Origin: Methylococcaceae bacterium UBA1147
GTDB lineage: Bacteria; Pseudomonadota; Gammaproteobacteria; Methylococcales; UBA1147
Assembly (NCBI GenBank): GCA_002311315.1
Contig: DBZZ01000068.1
Coordinates: forward strand, 23,147 to 57,335
DNA length: 34,189 bases
Direction of reading: 5' to 3'
Part shown: positions 18,884-30,324 of the stretch, piece after piece
How the letters are laid out: each line of letters starts with the position of its first letter
How positions within the stretch are numbered: the stretch's first letter is position 1
Made by a program: the position numbers and the translations under genes
Notes under the pieces: generated by a model
What the model was told of the DNA's origin: nothing
Seen by the model: only the letters and a program-made list of their open reading frames with translations
Database searches by the model: none

Positions 18884-19936
18884 ATGATCGATATTGAGGC
18901 TCTGCTCGGGACGGAGGCAGATCAGCTACTGAATTACCGGTGCAATACAATTTCAAGAGATCTTCTCCATCTGCCCGGTCCCGATTACGTAGGCCGTGTT
19001 GTCGCGGAAAAGAATCGTATCACGGCAGTCCTACGGAATATGCAGTCCATGTTTAACCATGGTCGGCTGGCGAACACAGGTTACCTTTCGATTCTTCCGG
19101 TTGATCAGGGCGTCGAACACAGCGGCGGTGCCTCGTTCGCACCGAATCCACTTTATTTCGATCCAGAGAATATCGTGAAACTGGCGATCGAGGGGGGCTG
19201 CAACGCCGTGGCTTCCACTCTCGGTGTCCTGAGTTCTGTTTGTCGGAAATATGCGCACAAGATCCCATTCATTCTGAAGATCAATCACAATGAACTGCTG
19301 ACCTATCCTGAGAAGTACGACCAGACCTTGTTTGCCAGTGTTGAGCAGGCCTTCGAAATGGGCGCAGTGGCGGTTGGTGCCACCATTTACTACGGATCAG
19401 ACGAATCACGTCGGCAAATCGAGGAAGTCAGTGCCGCCTTTGCCAGGGCTAAAGAGCTTGGAATGGTCACCATCCTCTGGGCGTATCTTCGCAATTCGGG
19501 CTTTAAAAGGGATGGGATTGACTACCATGTGGCGGCCGATCTGACGGGGCAGGCCAACCATCTGGCCGCAACCATCGACGCCGATATCGTGAAACAGAAA
19601 ATGGCCGAGAACAACGGCGGATTCACCGCGATCAATTTCGGCAAGTCACATCGGGACATGTATGGGCCGTTGTGCGGCGAACACCCCATCGATCTGGTGC
19701 GTTACCAGGTTGCCAATTGTTACATGGGGCGAGTTGGACTCATTAATTCCGGCGGAGCGTCTTCCGGAAGCGGCGATGTTGCCGAAGCCGTTCGTACCGC
19801 GGTGATCAACAAGCGAGCCGGAGGAATGGGGCTGATCTCAGGCCGGAAAGCCTTTCAGAAACCCATAATCGAAGGCATTACCTTGCTGAACGCGATTCAG
19901 GATGTTTACCTTTCTAAGGAAGTTCCCATCGCCTGA
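18884..19936 (+). CDS. fbaB: Class I fructose-bisphosphate aldolase (FbaB/DhnA type)
   Basis: 350 aa, with [19 protein letters not shown] and DIVKQKM segments as in E. coli FbaB. GAGGAATAAAGAG precedes the ATG. Confidence 0.88.
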   Translation: MIDIEALLGTEADQLLNYRCNTISRDLLHLPGPDYVGRVVAEKNRITAVLRNMQSMFNHGRLANTGYLSILPVDQGVEHSGGASFAPNPLYFDPENIVKLAIEGGCNAVASTLGVLSSVCRKYAHKIPFILKINHNELLTYPEKYDQTLFASVEQAFEMGAVAVGATIYYGSDESRRQIEEVSAAFARAKELGMVTILWAYLRNSGFKRDGIDYHVAADLTGQANHLAATIDADIVKQKMAENNGGFTAINFGKSHRDMYGPLCGEHPIDLVRYQVANCYMGRVGLINSGGASSGSGDVAEAVRTAVINKRAGGMGLISGRKAFQKPIIEGITLLNAIQDVYLSKEVPIA

Positions 19937-20095
19937 GGGACTTTGGTGATCCGGGCTTCCTGCAGGTTGACTCTGTCAACCCTTGTTGGATCGGTGCTTC
20001 GGGAAGCGCCACTGTTGGCGCCGTATTTTCCGTGAGGCGCTATTATGGTTGCCAATGAATAAAGCCTTTGTTGCCGGACTTTTATTGAACGCCCA

Positions 20096-21100
20096 ATGGA
20101 TTTACCACTTCCCCAGAAAAAGCTGCTCCGGCTTCTGAGCACTGATACTTTCTGTTCAGGAAGCTTTCTGGCGGGTCGGTTGAGTACCAGTCGTACCGCG
20201 GTCTGGAACTACATCGGCAATTTAAGGGCGATGGGGATTGATATTGACGCGGTTTCCGGACGTGGCTACCGTCTTTCAGCGCCCCTGGAACTGCTTGAAG
20301 AAATCCGCATTCGGTCGGGGTTGATGCGTGGTGTTGACGAATGCATTGGCACTTTTTTCATCCACGACCAGATCGGGTCGACTAACGATTTCCTGAATGG
20401 TTCGCTGGACCGATGCGATGCAGCCGTGCTAGTTTGCCTGGCAGAAGCCCAGACCGCTGGGAAAGGGCGCAGCGGGAAAACATGGGTTTCGCCGTTTGGC
20501 AAAAACATCTACCTGTCCCTTGGCTGGAAATATTTTGCCGGGCCATCCAGGGTGTCGGGGCTGAGCCTGGCCATCGGGGTTGCGGTGTTGCGGGTTCTGG
20601 CAGCGGCTGGCATACCTGAGCTGGGGCTGAAATGGCCGAATGATATCTACTGGAGGGGCCGAAAACTCGGTGGAATCCTGGTTGAATTGTCAGGCGACAT
20701 GCATGGCCCCTGCTACGTGGTGGCAGGTTTGGGGCTGAATTACTGGATGAGTCCGGAGCAGGGTGCAGCGATCGATCAGCTATGGGTGGACCTGGATGGC
20801 ATCGTCGATGCAGCCAAACCTGGCCGCAACGATCTGGTCGCTGCACTTTTGAATGAACTGGTTCCAGTGATCGCCGAATTCGACGAGACGGGGCTGTTTC
20901 CGTTCCTTGAGGAATGGCGCGCTGCAGACTGCATGCGGGGTGAGAAAGTGGTCCTCCGCTTTGGTTCGCGCGAAGTCCACGGAAAGGTTGCCGGAATCAG
21001 CGACGAAGGTTTGATCGAGTTGTATACCCATGACGGCAAGTTGCAAAGATTCGCATCCGGTGAAATCAGTTTCCACTCCAGCGGTAGCCGGGGCAGATGA
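20096..21100 (+). CDS. birA: Bifunctional biotin--[acetyl-CoA-carboxylase] ligase / biotin operon repressor
   Basis: N-terminal winged-HTH segment and the biotin-ligase motif GKGRSGKTW. Confidence 0.9.
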   Translation: MDLPLPQKKLLRLLSTDTFCSGSFLAGRLSTSRTAVWNYIGNLRAMGIDIDAVSGRGYRLSAPLELLEEIRIRSGLMRGVDECIGTFFIHDQIGSTNDFLNGSLDRCDAAVLVCLAEAQTAGKGRSGKTWVSPFGKNIYLSLGWKYFAGPSRVSGLSLAIGVAVLRVLAAAGIPELGLKWPNDIYWRGRKLGGILVELSGDMHGPCYVVAGLGLNYWMSPEQGAAIDQLWVDLDGIVDAAKPGRNDLVAALLNELVPVIAEFDETGLFPFLEEWRAADCMRGEKVVLRFGSREVHGKVAGISDEGLIELYTHDGKLQRFASGEISFHSSGSRGR

Positions 21101-21137
21101 AGTCACCCCGGTGATTCCACGACTGAGGATCGATTCC

Positions 21138-21887
21138 ATGTTTTCCCTGCTGGTTGATATTGGAAATTCCAGGTTGAAATGGGCCACCAGCCGTCAAAAT
21201 CTGTTTTCGGTAGGAAGCCCGGTTGGTGATGTCGGCCAGGTTCCCTGTTTCGCCGCGGCCTGGAGTGGTCTCGATTCGCCCAGCAGGGTTCTGGTGTCGA
21301 ATGTTCGCGGGATCAGGACTGCGGACGCGATGAACCAGTGGGTGTTGGATAAATGGGGGCTTTCGGCGGATTTCGTGCGATCGCTAGGCCATGCATTTGG
21401 TGTTCGAAATGGCTACCGGAACCCGGAACAATTGGGTGTTGATCGGTGGCTGTGTCTGGTTGCCGTGCGGTCCTTGTTCAGGGAGCCGGTCTGCATCGTC
21501 GATTGCGGTACGGCGATTACAGCCGATGTAATGGACAGGGACGGTCATCATCGAGGTGGCGTGATCTGTCCGGGCCTGGCCTTGATGCAGGATTCATTGC
21601 TCAGGGGAACCAATGATCTTTCGTTTGATGCGGTGGATCAGGCAGGGTTGCTTGGCCTGGATACCGGAACCGGGATTTACGGCGGAACCATTGCGGCAGC
21701 TGTCGGGATGGTTGAGAAGGTCGTGCAGGAGGCAGAGTCCCTGGCTGGTCCATTGCGGCTCATTATCACCGGGGGTGGTTCAGAAAGACTGACCCGGCAT
21801 CTGGTACGGACCTACGAAGTCATTCCCGACCTGGTTCTGAAAGGTCTGGTGGTGGTGGATGCACGGCAGGACCCTGAATCGGCCTGA
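21138..21887 (+). CDS. coaX: Type III pantothenate kinase
   Basis: Internal ATG 21138 gives MFSLLVDIGNSRLKWA. A GIYGG-type segment is also present, and the gene sits downstream of birA as is common. Confidence 0.88.
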   Translation: MFSLLVDIGNSRLKWATSRQNLFSVGSPVGDVGQVPCFAAAWSGLDSPSRVLVSNVRGIRTADAMNQWVLDKWGLSADFVRSLGHAFGVRNGYRNPEQLGVDRWLCLVAVRSLFREPVCIVDCGTAITADVMDRDGHHRGGVICPGLALMQDSLLRGTNDLSFDAVDQAGLLGLDTGTGIYGGTIAAAVGMVEKVVQEAESLAGPLRLIITGGGSERLTRHLVRTYEVIPDLVLKGLVVVDARQDPESA

Positions 21888-21952
21888 AAGGAGTTTTAAT
21901 GCTTTGTTGCCGATTTTGGATTGTGCTGGATTCCAGGGCTTTTCCGGCCAGA

Positions 21953-22930
21953 TTAGGAACTGCTGCTTCGGGTCGAATAGGAAACCGAGGTGAAAATAAA
22001 GAACTGGATTCCGAAAACCAGCGTCGCCATTAGTAAATGGACCGGCTGTGCCGCGGCCGGAATATCGAGACGATCCATGATGACTCCGGTCAGTATGCCG
22101 GTCACAATGAAAAGTCCGAGTGCCGTTGCCGCCCTGGCCAGATAAGGATGCTCGCCTGCTCGCTGCAACAGTCTCCAAATCAACCACAGGTTGGTAAAAA
22201 GGATGATGGACGCAAAGGACCTGTGGACGTAGAAGATGAGGGGGAAATTGTCTCTCCACAGCTCCCGGTGTTCCATCTGGTAGGCTGCTGCGATGGTATC
22301 CACCGATTCCCGTACTTGGGTTCCCATCACTACCTGGATCACCGTCAGGGTCATTGCGGCAATCAGGACATTCTGTAAGCGCGGGTGTAAGCCGGTCAAT
22401 GGTTTCTGTTCGAATACGCTGCTTTGTGAACGGGTGATTGCATAGATGAGCAGCGATACGATGGCCAGCGCCACGATCATGTGCACCGTGATCATGCCGG
22501 GATGGAGCTGGCTGGCGACAACTTTTGCACCGAGCCATCCCTGGAATCCAACCAGCAGGAAGGTCCCCAGCGCAAGATAGAATACCGGGGGGTCGAGGTT
22601 GCGGAAAGGCAAGGAATAGAGCAGGGTGAGAAAAATCAGGAAACCGATGGTAACCCCGGCAAGTCGGTTAAGGTATTCGGTCCAGGTCTTGGTGGCGTTG
22701 AATTCGGTGTTCGAGTAGCCCCGATCCGCGTAGATTTTCTGGTAATCCGCCGGTAATTCTGAAACCGAAGAGGGCGGTACCCAGCGTCCGAAACAGGTTG
22801 GCCAGTCGGGACAGCCCATTCCAGCACCCGATGCGCGCACGATTCCGCCCACGAGTATCAGGAAGTAGACAGCGAATATGGTTAGGCTGCCCAGGGTTCT
22901 GAATTTCTTGATGTGTCGTTGGTGATTCAT
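21953..22930 (-). CDS. ctaA: Heme A synthase (COX15/CtaA family)
   Basis: GAGMGCPDWPTCFG motif, polytopic membrane protein, multiple conserved His residues. Confidence 0.85.
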   Translation of the reverse strand: MNHQRHIKKFRTLGSLTIFAVYFLILVGGIVRASGAGMGCPDWPTCFGRWVPPSSVSELPADYQKIYADRGYSNTEFNATKTWTEYLNRLAGVTIGFLIFLTLLYSLPFRNLDPPVFYLALGTFLLVGFQGWLGAKVVASQLHPGMITVHMIVALAIVSLLIYAITRSQSSVFEQKPLTGLHPRLQNVLIAAMTLTVIQVVMGTQVRESVDTIAAAYQMEHRELWRDNFPLIFYVHRSFASIILFTNLWLIWRLLQRAGEHPYLARAATALGLFIVTGILTGVIMDRLDIPAAAQPVHLLMATLVFGIQFFIFTSVSYSTRSSSS

Positions 22931-22996
22931 GAGCGGCTTTGATCATTGATTTTGCGTTTCGGGGTTGCCGCGAGCCTGGGGAGGGGATCGTGTCTG

Positions 22997-24127
22997 TTAG
23001 CTGGAGAAGCGCCTGGAATTTTCCGGATTTCTGAAAATGACAGCCTGTTCCTTTTGCTGTTGGGGGTGAGATGCTGCCGAATTGATGGCGTCAAGGACCT
23101 TGTCATGGTCCGGGGAGAGGCTGCAGACTGGGTCCGCGTTAGTCGCTTCGCCGGTCAACAAGTACGCCTGGCAGCGGCAGCCGCCGAAGTCACGGCTTTT
23201 TTCAGGACAGCTACGGCAGGGCTCTTTCATCCAGCTGTCGCCCCTGAATTTGTTGAACGCATTCGACTCTTCCCAGATTTCGCGAATGCTCATTTGACGG
23301 ACGTTGGGAAAGGCCAGGCCCGGTAAAATCCGCGCCGAATGACAGGGCAGGGCCATTCCGTCGGGTGCGATGGTCAGGAAGGTGGTTCCCCAGCCGTTCA
23401 TGCAGGCTTTCGGACGGTCCTCGTAGTAGTCTGGAACCACATAATAAATTTTCATCCTGCCCTTCATTTTTTCCTTGTAACTCTGGGCAATCGCTTCGGC
23501 CTTGCGAAATTCTTCCCGGGTCGGCAGCAGGTTGTCCCGGTTTAGGTGTGCCCACCCGTAGTACTGGGTGTTCGCCAGCTCCACGTAGTCGGCCCCCAGT
23601 TCCGCTGCCATGTCGAGAATGCTTTCCATCTGATGAATGTTCTGCTTGTGGATCACGACACAGAGAACCATCGGGTAGCCGTGTTTCTTGATCTGGTGGG
23701 CTACCTCGCATTTTTTGTCAAAGGAAGCAGTGCCGGCGATGTGGTCGTTGAGGTCGCGGCTGCTGGCCTGGATACTGACCTGGATGTGGTCCAGCCCGGC
23801 TTCTTTCAGCTCTACAATACGGTCTTCAGACAGGCCGTAGGCTGATGTGATGAGGTTTGAATAGTAGCCCAGTTCTCGGGCATGCCTGACCAGCACCGAA
23901 AGGTCCTGCCTGACCAGCGGTTCGCCTCCCGAAAAACCCAGCTGTACGGCACCCATGCTCCGGGCTTCGGATAGAACCCGCAGCCAGTCCTCCGTATCGA
24001 GTTCGTTGCCATGGGACGCGAAGTCCACGGGGTTGGAACAATACGGGCATTGCAGCGGACAGGCGTAGGTGAGTTCAGCCAGCAGCCAGCGCGGCTTACT
24101 AATCTGAATTGATTCGGATCCAGCCAT
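22997..24127 (-). CDS. pqqE: PQQ biosynthesis radical SAM/SPASM protein PqqE
   Basis: Start at 24127 gives [33 protein letters not shown] (CxxxCxxC). The C-terminus is Cys-rich (SPASM). The longer track ORF runs into pqqD in another frame. Confidence 0.93.
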   Translation of the reverse strand: MAGSESIQISKPRWLLAELTYACPLQCPYCSNPVDFASHGNELDTEDWLRVLSEARSMGAVQLGFSGGEPLVRQDLSVLVRHARELGYYSNLITSAYGLSEDRIVELKEAGLDHIQVSIQASSRDLNDHIAGTASFDKKCEVAHQIKKHGYPMVLCVVIHKQNIHQMESILDMAAELGADYVELANTQYYGWAHLNRDNLLPTREEFRKAEAIAQSYKEKMKGRMKIYYVVPDYYEDRPKACMNGWGTTFLTIAPDGMALPCHSARILPGLAFPNVRQMSIREIWEESNAFNKFRGDSWMKEPCRSCPEKSRDFGGCRCQAYLLTGEATNADPVCSLSPDHDKVLDAINSAASHPQQQKEQAVIFRNPENSRRFSS

Positions 24128-24386
24128 TTTCGAGGGCGATCTCAATAAACTCGCAGATATCAGTTCGGAGGCCACTGGTGGAGAATTTTCCTTCCAGTTC
24201 GGCAACCAGTTCGTTGAGGGTACGGCTACCGTCGCATAATTTGAGGATTTCAGCCGAACTTTGGTTGAGTTCCACCATGCCCTCCGGATACAGTAGGACG
24301 TCTTTCTGCTGAGCTTCTTCCCATTGCAGTCGATAGATCGGGGAGAAACAGAAGATGGAATTGTCATCCAGGGCCATGCAGGTCAT
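24099..24386 (-). CDS. pqqD: PQQ biosynthesis peptide chaperone PqqD
   Basis: ~95 aa, with [36 protein letters not shown]. It overlaps the pqqC stop (ATGA) and the pqqE start. Confidence 0.9.
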   Translation of the reverse strand: MTCMALDDNSIFCFSPIYRLQWEEAQQKDVLLYPEGMVELNQSSAEILKLCDGSRTLNELVAELEGKFSTSGLRTDICEFIEIALENGWIRINSD

Positions 24387-25114
24387 TCCTTGACTGTATG
24401 GTAGGGTGGCATTTCGGCAACGTATGCAAGATACATCGCATCGGCCATCGACCAGAGAACATCCAGCTTAAATTTCAGGATGCCCATCATTTTATCCTGT
24501 TCCTCGCGCGTTTTATACCAGTCCAGCGTTAGCCGTAGTCCGTGTTCCACGTCACGTCGAGCCTGGCTCAAGCGCTGCTGGAAGTAAAGCAGGCCCTTGC
24601 TGTTAATCCATGGATAGTTGTCCGGCCAGTTAGACAGGCGTTGCTGGTGGATGGCCGGGGCAAATAGTTCGGTCAGCGATGAGCTGGCGGCTTCGTGCCA
24701 TTCGGCTTTGCGGGCAAAATTCACGTAGGCATCGACCGCAAAGCGTACCCCGGGAAGTACGTGCTCAAGGGAGGTGATTTCATTGCGGTCCAGACCGGCT
24801 GCAATGCCCAGCTGGAGCCAGGCCTCGATTCCGCCTGATTTTCCTGAGGAGCCGTCGTGATCAATGATCCGTTGAACCCACTGAATCCGGGTTTCGCGGT
24901 CCGGGCAATTTGCGAGGATGGCCGCATCCTTTTGCGGGATGTTGATCTGGTAGTAATACCGGTTGGCAACCCATCCCTGTATCTGCCTGCGGTTCAGCTG
25001 CCCTTCGTGCATCAGCACGTGGTAGGGATGATGGATATGGTAATACCGTTCCATGCCTCTCAAGCGGGCCTCGAATTCCTCTCGGGTCCAAGGGGGTTGG
25101 GCTATAGTACTCAT
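24383..25114 (-). CDS. pqqC: Pyrroloquinoline-quinone synthase PqqC
   Basis: 243 aa, with [28 protein letters not shown] typical of PqqC. Confidence 0.93.
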   Translation of the reverse strand: MSTIAQPPWTREEFEARLRGMERYYHIHHPYHVLMHEGQLNRRQIQGWVANRYYYQINIPQKDAAILANCPDRETRIQWVQRIIDHDGSSGKSGGIEAWLQLGIAAGLDRNEITSLEHVLPGVRFAVDAYVNFARKAEWHEAASSSLTELFAPAIHQQRLSNWPDNYPWINSKGLLYFQQRLSQARRDVEHGLRLTLDWYKTREEQDKMMGILKFKLDVLWSMADAMYLAYVAEMPPYHTVKE

Positions 25115-25122
25115 CCCTGCCG

Positions 25123-26037
25123 CTAAAGGTCGATTTCCATCCCGTCTTGTGCGACTTCGATACCCGCCTCTGTAAGGATTTGGCGTTCTTCGGAGTCTTG
25201 GTCGAGGATTGGATTGGTATTGTTGATATGGATCAGTACCCGGCGTTTATTGGGCAGTTTGTTGAGTACGCTGAGCATGCCGTTTTCGCCAGACTGGGAC
25301 ATGTGACCCATTTCGCGTGCCGTCTTTTTGGAAATGCCAGCATGCTCCATTTCGTTCTGGCGCCAGAACGTGCCATCGACCAGCAGGCAGTCGGCATCCT
25401 CCATGGCCTTTTGGACGTGCGCTTCGATTTCACCCAGTCCAGGTGAATAGTAGAGTTTCTTTCCAGTCGAAATCTGTTCGATGGTGACGCCGATATTGTC
25501 TCCGTCATGAGGGTCATGGCGGTGTGGGGAATAGGGTGGTGCCTTGCTTTTCAGCGAATGGGAATGGAATCTGAGATCATTGATTCCAGGGATCTCAAAA
25601 CTACTGCCGTCTAGCGGAATGCGGTGGTGATTGACGCCGCAGTAGTCTTCCAGCATTTTCAATACCGGAAAACCTGTGGTCAGGTCTTGCCTAACCATTT
25701 CGCTGCAATAGATTTCCAGCGGGCTGTTGCTTTCCCTGAGAATTAACAATCCGGTGGTGTGGTCAATCTGACTGTCGATTAGTATGACAGCCTTGATACC
25801 GGTATCCCGGATGCCTGTCTTCGGCTGAATGGCAGGGAAGTTTTCTATCTGGGTCCGGATATCGGGAGAGGCGTTAAACAAAACCCAGTTCCGTTCATCA
25901 GTGCTGACGGCGATGGATGATTGGGTTCGCGATACTGCATTGATCTGGCCGTTGCGCAAGCGGTTGCAGTTCGAACAGTTACAGTTCCACTGGGGATAGC
26001 CACCGCCGGCTCCCGAACCTAAAACTCTGAATTTCAT
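25123..26037 (-). CDS. pqqB: PQQ biosynthesis protein PqqB (metallo-beta-lactamase fold)
   Basis: [25 protein letters not shown]-terminus and its position in the operon. Confidence 0.93.
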   Translation of the reverse strand: MKFRVLGSGAGGGYPQWNCNCSNCNRLRNGQINAVSRTQSSIAVSTDERNWVLFNASPDIRTQIENFPAIQPKTGIRDTGIKAVILIDSQIDHTTGLLILRESNSPLEIYCSEMVRQDLTTGFPVLKMLEDYCGVNHHRIPLDGSSFEIPGINDLRFHSHSLKSKAPPYSPHRHDPHDGDNIGVTIEQISTGKKLYYSPGLGEIEAHVQKAMEDADCLLVDGTFWRQNEMEHAGISKKTAREMGHMSQSGENGMLSVLNKLPNKRRVLIHINNTNPILDQDSEERQILTEAGIEVAQDGMEIDL

Positions 26038-26158
26038 GGCGAGCCTGGTTGAAAGGTGAATTAAAGCCGGGAATCAGGATATTCAAACGGCTGGTTTACT
26101 GCCTTGATCAGTGTCGACAATGATGAAGGAGAACATTCGGGACATAAAAGTTGTCCCC

Positions 26159-26199
26159 TATAAAATGAAACGGGGCTCCATTTTCCAATGGAACCCCGT
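26159..26199 (-). terminator. Intrinsic terminator/attenuator hairpin between pqqA and pqqB
   Basis: The minus-strand RNA reads ACGGGGUUCCA-UUGGAAAA-UGGAGCCCCGU. This is an 11-bp stem with one G-U pair, followed by UUCAUUUUAUA. Confidence 0.65.
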
Positions 26200-26216
26200 C
26201 GAAATCCAATTACTTA

Positions 26217-26291
26217 TCAACGATTGTATATGTACATCGTGACTTCAAAACCAAAACGCAGATCGTTATAGGTTGGTTTTTCCCATTTCAT
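26217..26291 (-). CDS. pqqA: PQQ precursor peptide PqqA (24 aa, not in the ORF track)
   Basis: Hand translation gives MKWEKPTYNDLRFGFEVTMYIYNR with the conserved E-x-x-x-Y core. AGGAGG lies 8 nt upstream of the ATG, the stop is TGA followed by TAA, and the gene is immediately upstream of pqqB. Confidence 0.92.
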   Translation of the reverse strand: MKWEKPTYNDLRFGFEVTMYIYNR

Positions 26292-26319
26292 TCGGTTGGC
26301 CTCCTAACTCAATATCTTT

Positions 26320-26347
26320 ATTATATGTCGACATCGCTTTGTAGCAA
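26320..26347 (-). promoter_or_regulatory. Candidate sigma70 promoter of pqqA
   Basis: On the minus strand: TTGCTA (26347-26342), a 16-nt spacer, then TATAAT (26325-26320), about 30 nt upstream of the pqqA ATG. Confidence 0.45.
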
Positions 26348-26432
26348 AACTGCTCCGAAGTATACGATGCATGTTTCAGGAAAGCAATATAGTGCTTAGC
26401 GGCAAAATCGAGGTTTCTGGTGGGTGTATTCC

Positions 26433-27182
26433 TCATGCCGACAGCGAGCACGTCGGACAGGCAGGATCCTTCGGAAGTTGCATGCTGTGCCATTCCATTG
26501 TCAGTCCGTCTAGCAGCAGAAGACGGCCGACCAAGGATTCGCCAATGCTGCAAATGAACTTCATGGTTTCAAGTGCCTGGATGCACCCAATGGTGCCGGT
26601 CAATGGTGCAATGACCCCGCTTTGGGCGCAGGTTTCGGACAACTCATCAATGTTCGGGTACAGGCAGTTGTAACAGGGGCTCGATGGCGTTAGCGGGTCG
26701 AATACCGTGATTTGTCCTTCGAAGCGAATGGCAGCTCCTGATACTAGGGGCGTTTTTGTCTCCACGCAGGCCCGGTTCACGGCAAAGCGGGTCGAGAAGT
26801 TGTCGCTGCAGTCCAGGACTACATCGGCGGCCTCGACTTCAAGGTTCAGTTCGTTGTCCGTTAGTCGCTTATGGCGTATCTCGATGCGGATATCCGGGTT
26901 CAGCGCCCGCAGGGTCTGGTCTGCAGAAATCACTTTTTCCTTGCCGATGTCATCGGTTCCGTGGATGACCTGCCGTTGCAGGTTGGAAAGGTCGACCCGG
27001 TCGAAGTCATTCAGGATCAGGGTACCGGCTCCAGCGGCTGCGAGGTACATGGCCGCGGGTGATCCGAGCCCTCCCATCCCGATGATCAAGCATCGTGATT
27101 CAAGCAATTTCTGCTGCCCCTCGACATCGATTTCGGGAAGCATGATCTGGCGGCTGTAGCGCAGCAATTGATCATCGTTCAT
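26433..27182 (-). CDS. moeB: Molybdopterin-synthase adenylyltransferase (MoeB/ThiF/HesA family)
   Basis: LRYSRQIMLPEIDVEGQQKL, IIGMGGLGSPAA and DFDRVDLSNLQRQ motifs. Zinc motifs CYNC and CPTC. Confidence 0.8.
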   Translation of the reverse strand: MNDDQLLRYSRQIMLPEIDVEGQQKLLESRCLIIGMGGLGSPAAMYLAAAGAGTLILNDFDRVDLSNLQRQVIHGTDDIGKEKVISADQTLRALNPDIRIEIRHKRLTDNELNLEVEAADVVLDCSDNFSTRFAVNRACVETKTPLVSGAAIRFEGQITVFDPLTPSSPCYNCLYPNIDELSETCAQSGVIAPLTGTIGCIQALETMKFICSIGESLVGRLLLLDGLTMEWHSMQLPKDPACPTCSLSA

Positions 27183-27231
27183 CGGTTAAATTTACCATTA
27201 CCGACAGCCGATTAAAAATGGTCATCAAGGC

Positions 27232-27259
27232 TTGACATGGGTAATAGAAAGTCTATTAT
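27232..27259 (+). promoter_or_regulatory. Sigma70-type promoter of groES-groEL
   Basis: TTGACA (27232-27237), a 16-nt spacer, then TATTAT (27254-27259), abutting the CIRCE element. Confidence 0.55.
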
Positions 27260-27285
27260 TAGCACTCATCACCTGCGAGTGCTAA
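27259..27285 (+). promoter_or_regulatory. CIRCE operator (HrcA binding site)
   Basis: TTAGCACTC-atcacctgc-GAGTGCTAA is a perfect match to the TTAGCACTC-N9-GAGTGCTAA consensus, 82 nt upstream of the groES ATG. Confidence 0.9.
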
Positions 27286-27366
27286 TAATTAGGATTGCCG
27301 AAGCAGTGTCGAATGTTGGGAGATGTTCACGATTTAACGATTTTAAATTGATCTTAGGAGGGTCTG

Positions 27367-27654
27367 ATGAAAATACGTCCGTTACACGACAGAGTGATTG
27401 TCAAGCGTCTTGAAGAAGAGCGTATGTCTGCTGGAGGCATCGTAATTCCGGATTCGGCGACTGAAAAGCCGAGTCAGGGTGAAGTCATTGCCATTGGCAA
27501 CGGAAAAATTCTCGACAATGGGGAAATCCGTGCTTTGGACGTCAAGGTTGGCGACAAGGTTCTTTTCGGTAAATACGCGGGTAACGAAGTCAAAGTTGAA
27601 GGCGAGGAAGTCATCGTGATGCGTGAAGAAGACATCATGGGTGTCGTCGAATAA
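27367..27654 (+). CDS. groES: Co-chaperonin GroES
   Basis: [18 protein letters not shown]...GGIVIPD, with AGGAGG upstream. Confidence 0.98.
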   Translation: MKIRPLHDRVIVKRLEEERMSAGGIVIPDSATEKPSQGEVIAIGNGKILDNGEIRALDVKVGDKVLFGKYAGNEVKVEGEEVIVMREEDIMGVVE

Positions 27655-27669
27655 TTCGGCCCGCATTAA

Positions 27670-29352
<1,683 letters not shown>

Positions 29353-29420
29353 TTGTCCGACGCGCTTACGATGCAATAGAAAACAAAAAGTTATATTGCA
29401 TTGTCGTTCGTGATACAGAA

Positions 29421-29464
29421 GCGGTGTAGGGAGGTCGTCTGATCTTCCTTACACCGCTTTTTCA
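29421..29464 (+). terminator. Rho-independent terminator of groESL
   Basis: GCGGTGTAGGGA (29421-29432) pairs with TCCTTACACCGC (29446-29457), with one G-U pair. It is followed by TTTTTCATTT. Confidence 0.75.
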
Positions 29465-29806
29465 TTTCTAGTGGACTGATCTGTATGTGCCTCCCATGTG
29501 AAAGGGTTAGGCTTACAGCAAGTTGGGTTATCGCACAGACAGAATGAATATCCAGGCTCAATGCTGACACTTTTCCGGGTTCCCCGGAATCGGTGTTGAC
29601 AATACTGGAATCAATGTTCACCTTCGGTCGGAATCCTTTTCAAACCATTATTTTCAGTCATTTTTACATCGACCCTACTTTTTCGGCGGCTCTGTCTGCG
29701 AAGAAGAACACAATGCGAAAAATCCGCGATATTTTACGTTGTTAACGGCAACGTAAAACAACCCCGCTACCCACTTCAGCTCTGGAAAAACAGCAGAGGA
29801 ACCGAG

Positions 29807-30227
29807 ATGCTCAAAGAGGAAGGTGTTCTGGAGATCAGAACATTGTGTATCGCTAAGGGTTGGGCATTCGATTGACAGCATGCGAATTGGGCATTACCGT
29901 GCGGGAGTATTGGAGGCTCAAAAGCCGGTGGTTTTTAACAAATGCTCTGACCCGGGGAAAAGCAAGATTCTTACAAGTCCGATGGGTGGTAGAGACAGTA
30001 TTTCGCGGCCTATATTCTAGAAATTTACCAGCCGCAGCCCACAGTGTTCGTGGTTAATGGTCAAGGCAGTAACACTTCGACGATTAGAACGATTTGAGAG
30101 ACGTGCCATAGGCATTCTAAAGAGCGGTAACTGTGCACAGCGTTACAGGCTTGCCGCATACCCAATCAGGTGCGAGCCGAGTGGAACCAGAAACTCAAGC
30201 GATGTTCCTGCTCGGGCGTTCGGTTAA
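29807..30227 (+). mobile_element. Degenerate N-terminal remnant of an IS21-family transposase (IstA-like); frameshifted, stop-interrupted and lacking the catalytic domain
   Basis: ATG 29807 with GAGGA 6 nt upstream gives MLKEEGVLEIRTLCIAKGWAFD*. Shifting frame continues it as GIRLTACELGITVREYWRLKSR, an IstA-like HTH. A third frame, broken by a TAG, reads ...AVTLRRLERF...AQRYRL...IRCEPSGT. There is no DDE region and no intact terminal repeats. Confidence 0.45.
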
Positions 30228-30324
30228 TTGTGGGCAATGGATATTCGTATTAATATTTTTTTGCCTAAGCAACTGCCCCTAGGGTGATCCGCATAAGCCC
30301 ACAAACGTTCAATGAATTTCAAGA

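Noticed and set aside
26266-26553. 95-aa minus-strand ORF from the track
   Set aside because: It overlaps the moeB 3' end and the true pqqA in another frame. pqqA, with its SD and conserved peptide, explains this locus.
29713-29745. 10-codon ORF MRKIRDILRC* resembling some IS21-family IstA N-termini
   Set aside because: It is too short to distinguish from chance, and it is about 47 codons too far from the HTH segment to belong to the same reading unit. It is mentioned only under the inverted-repeat finding.
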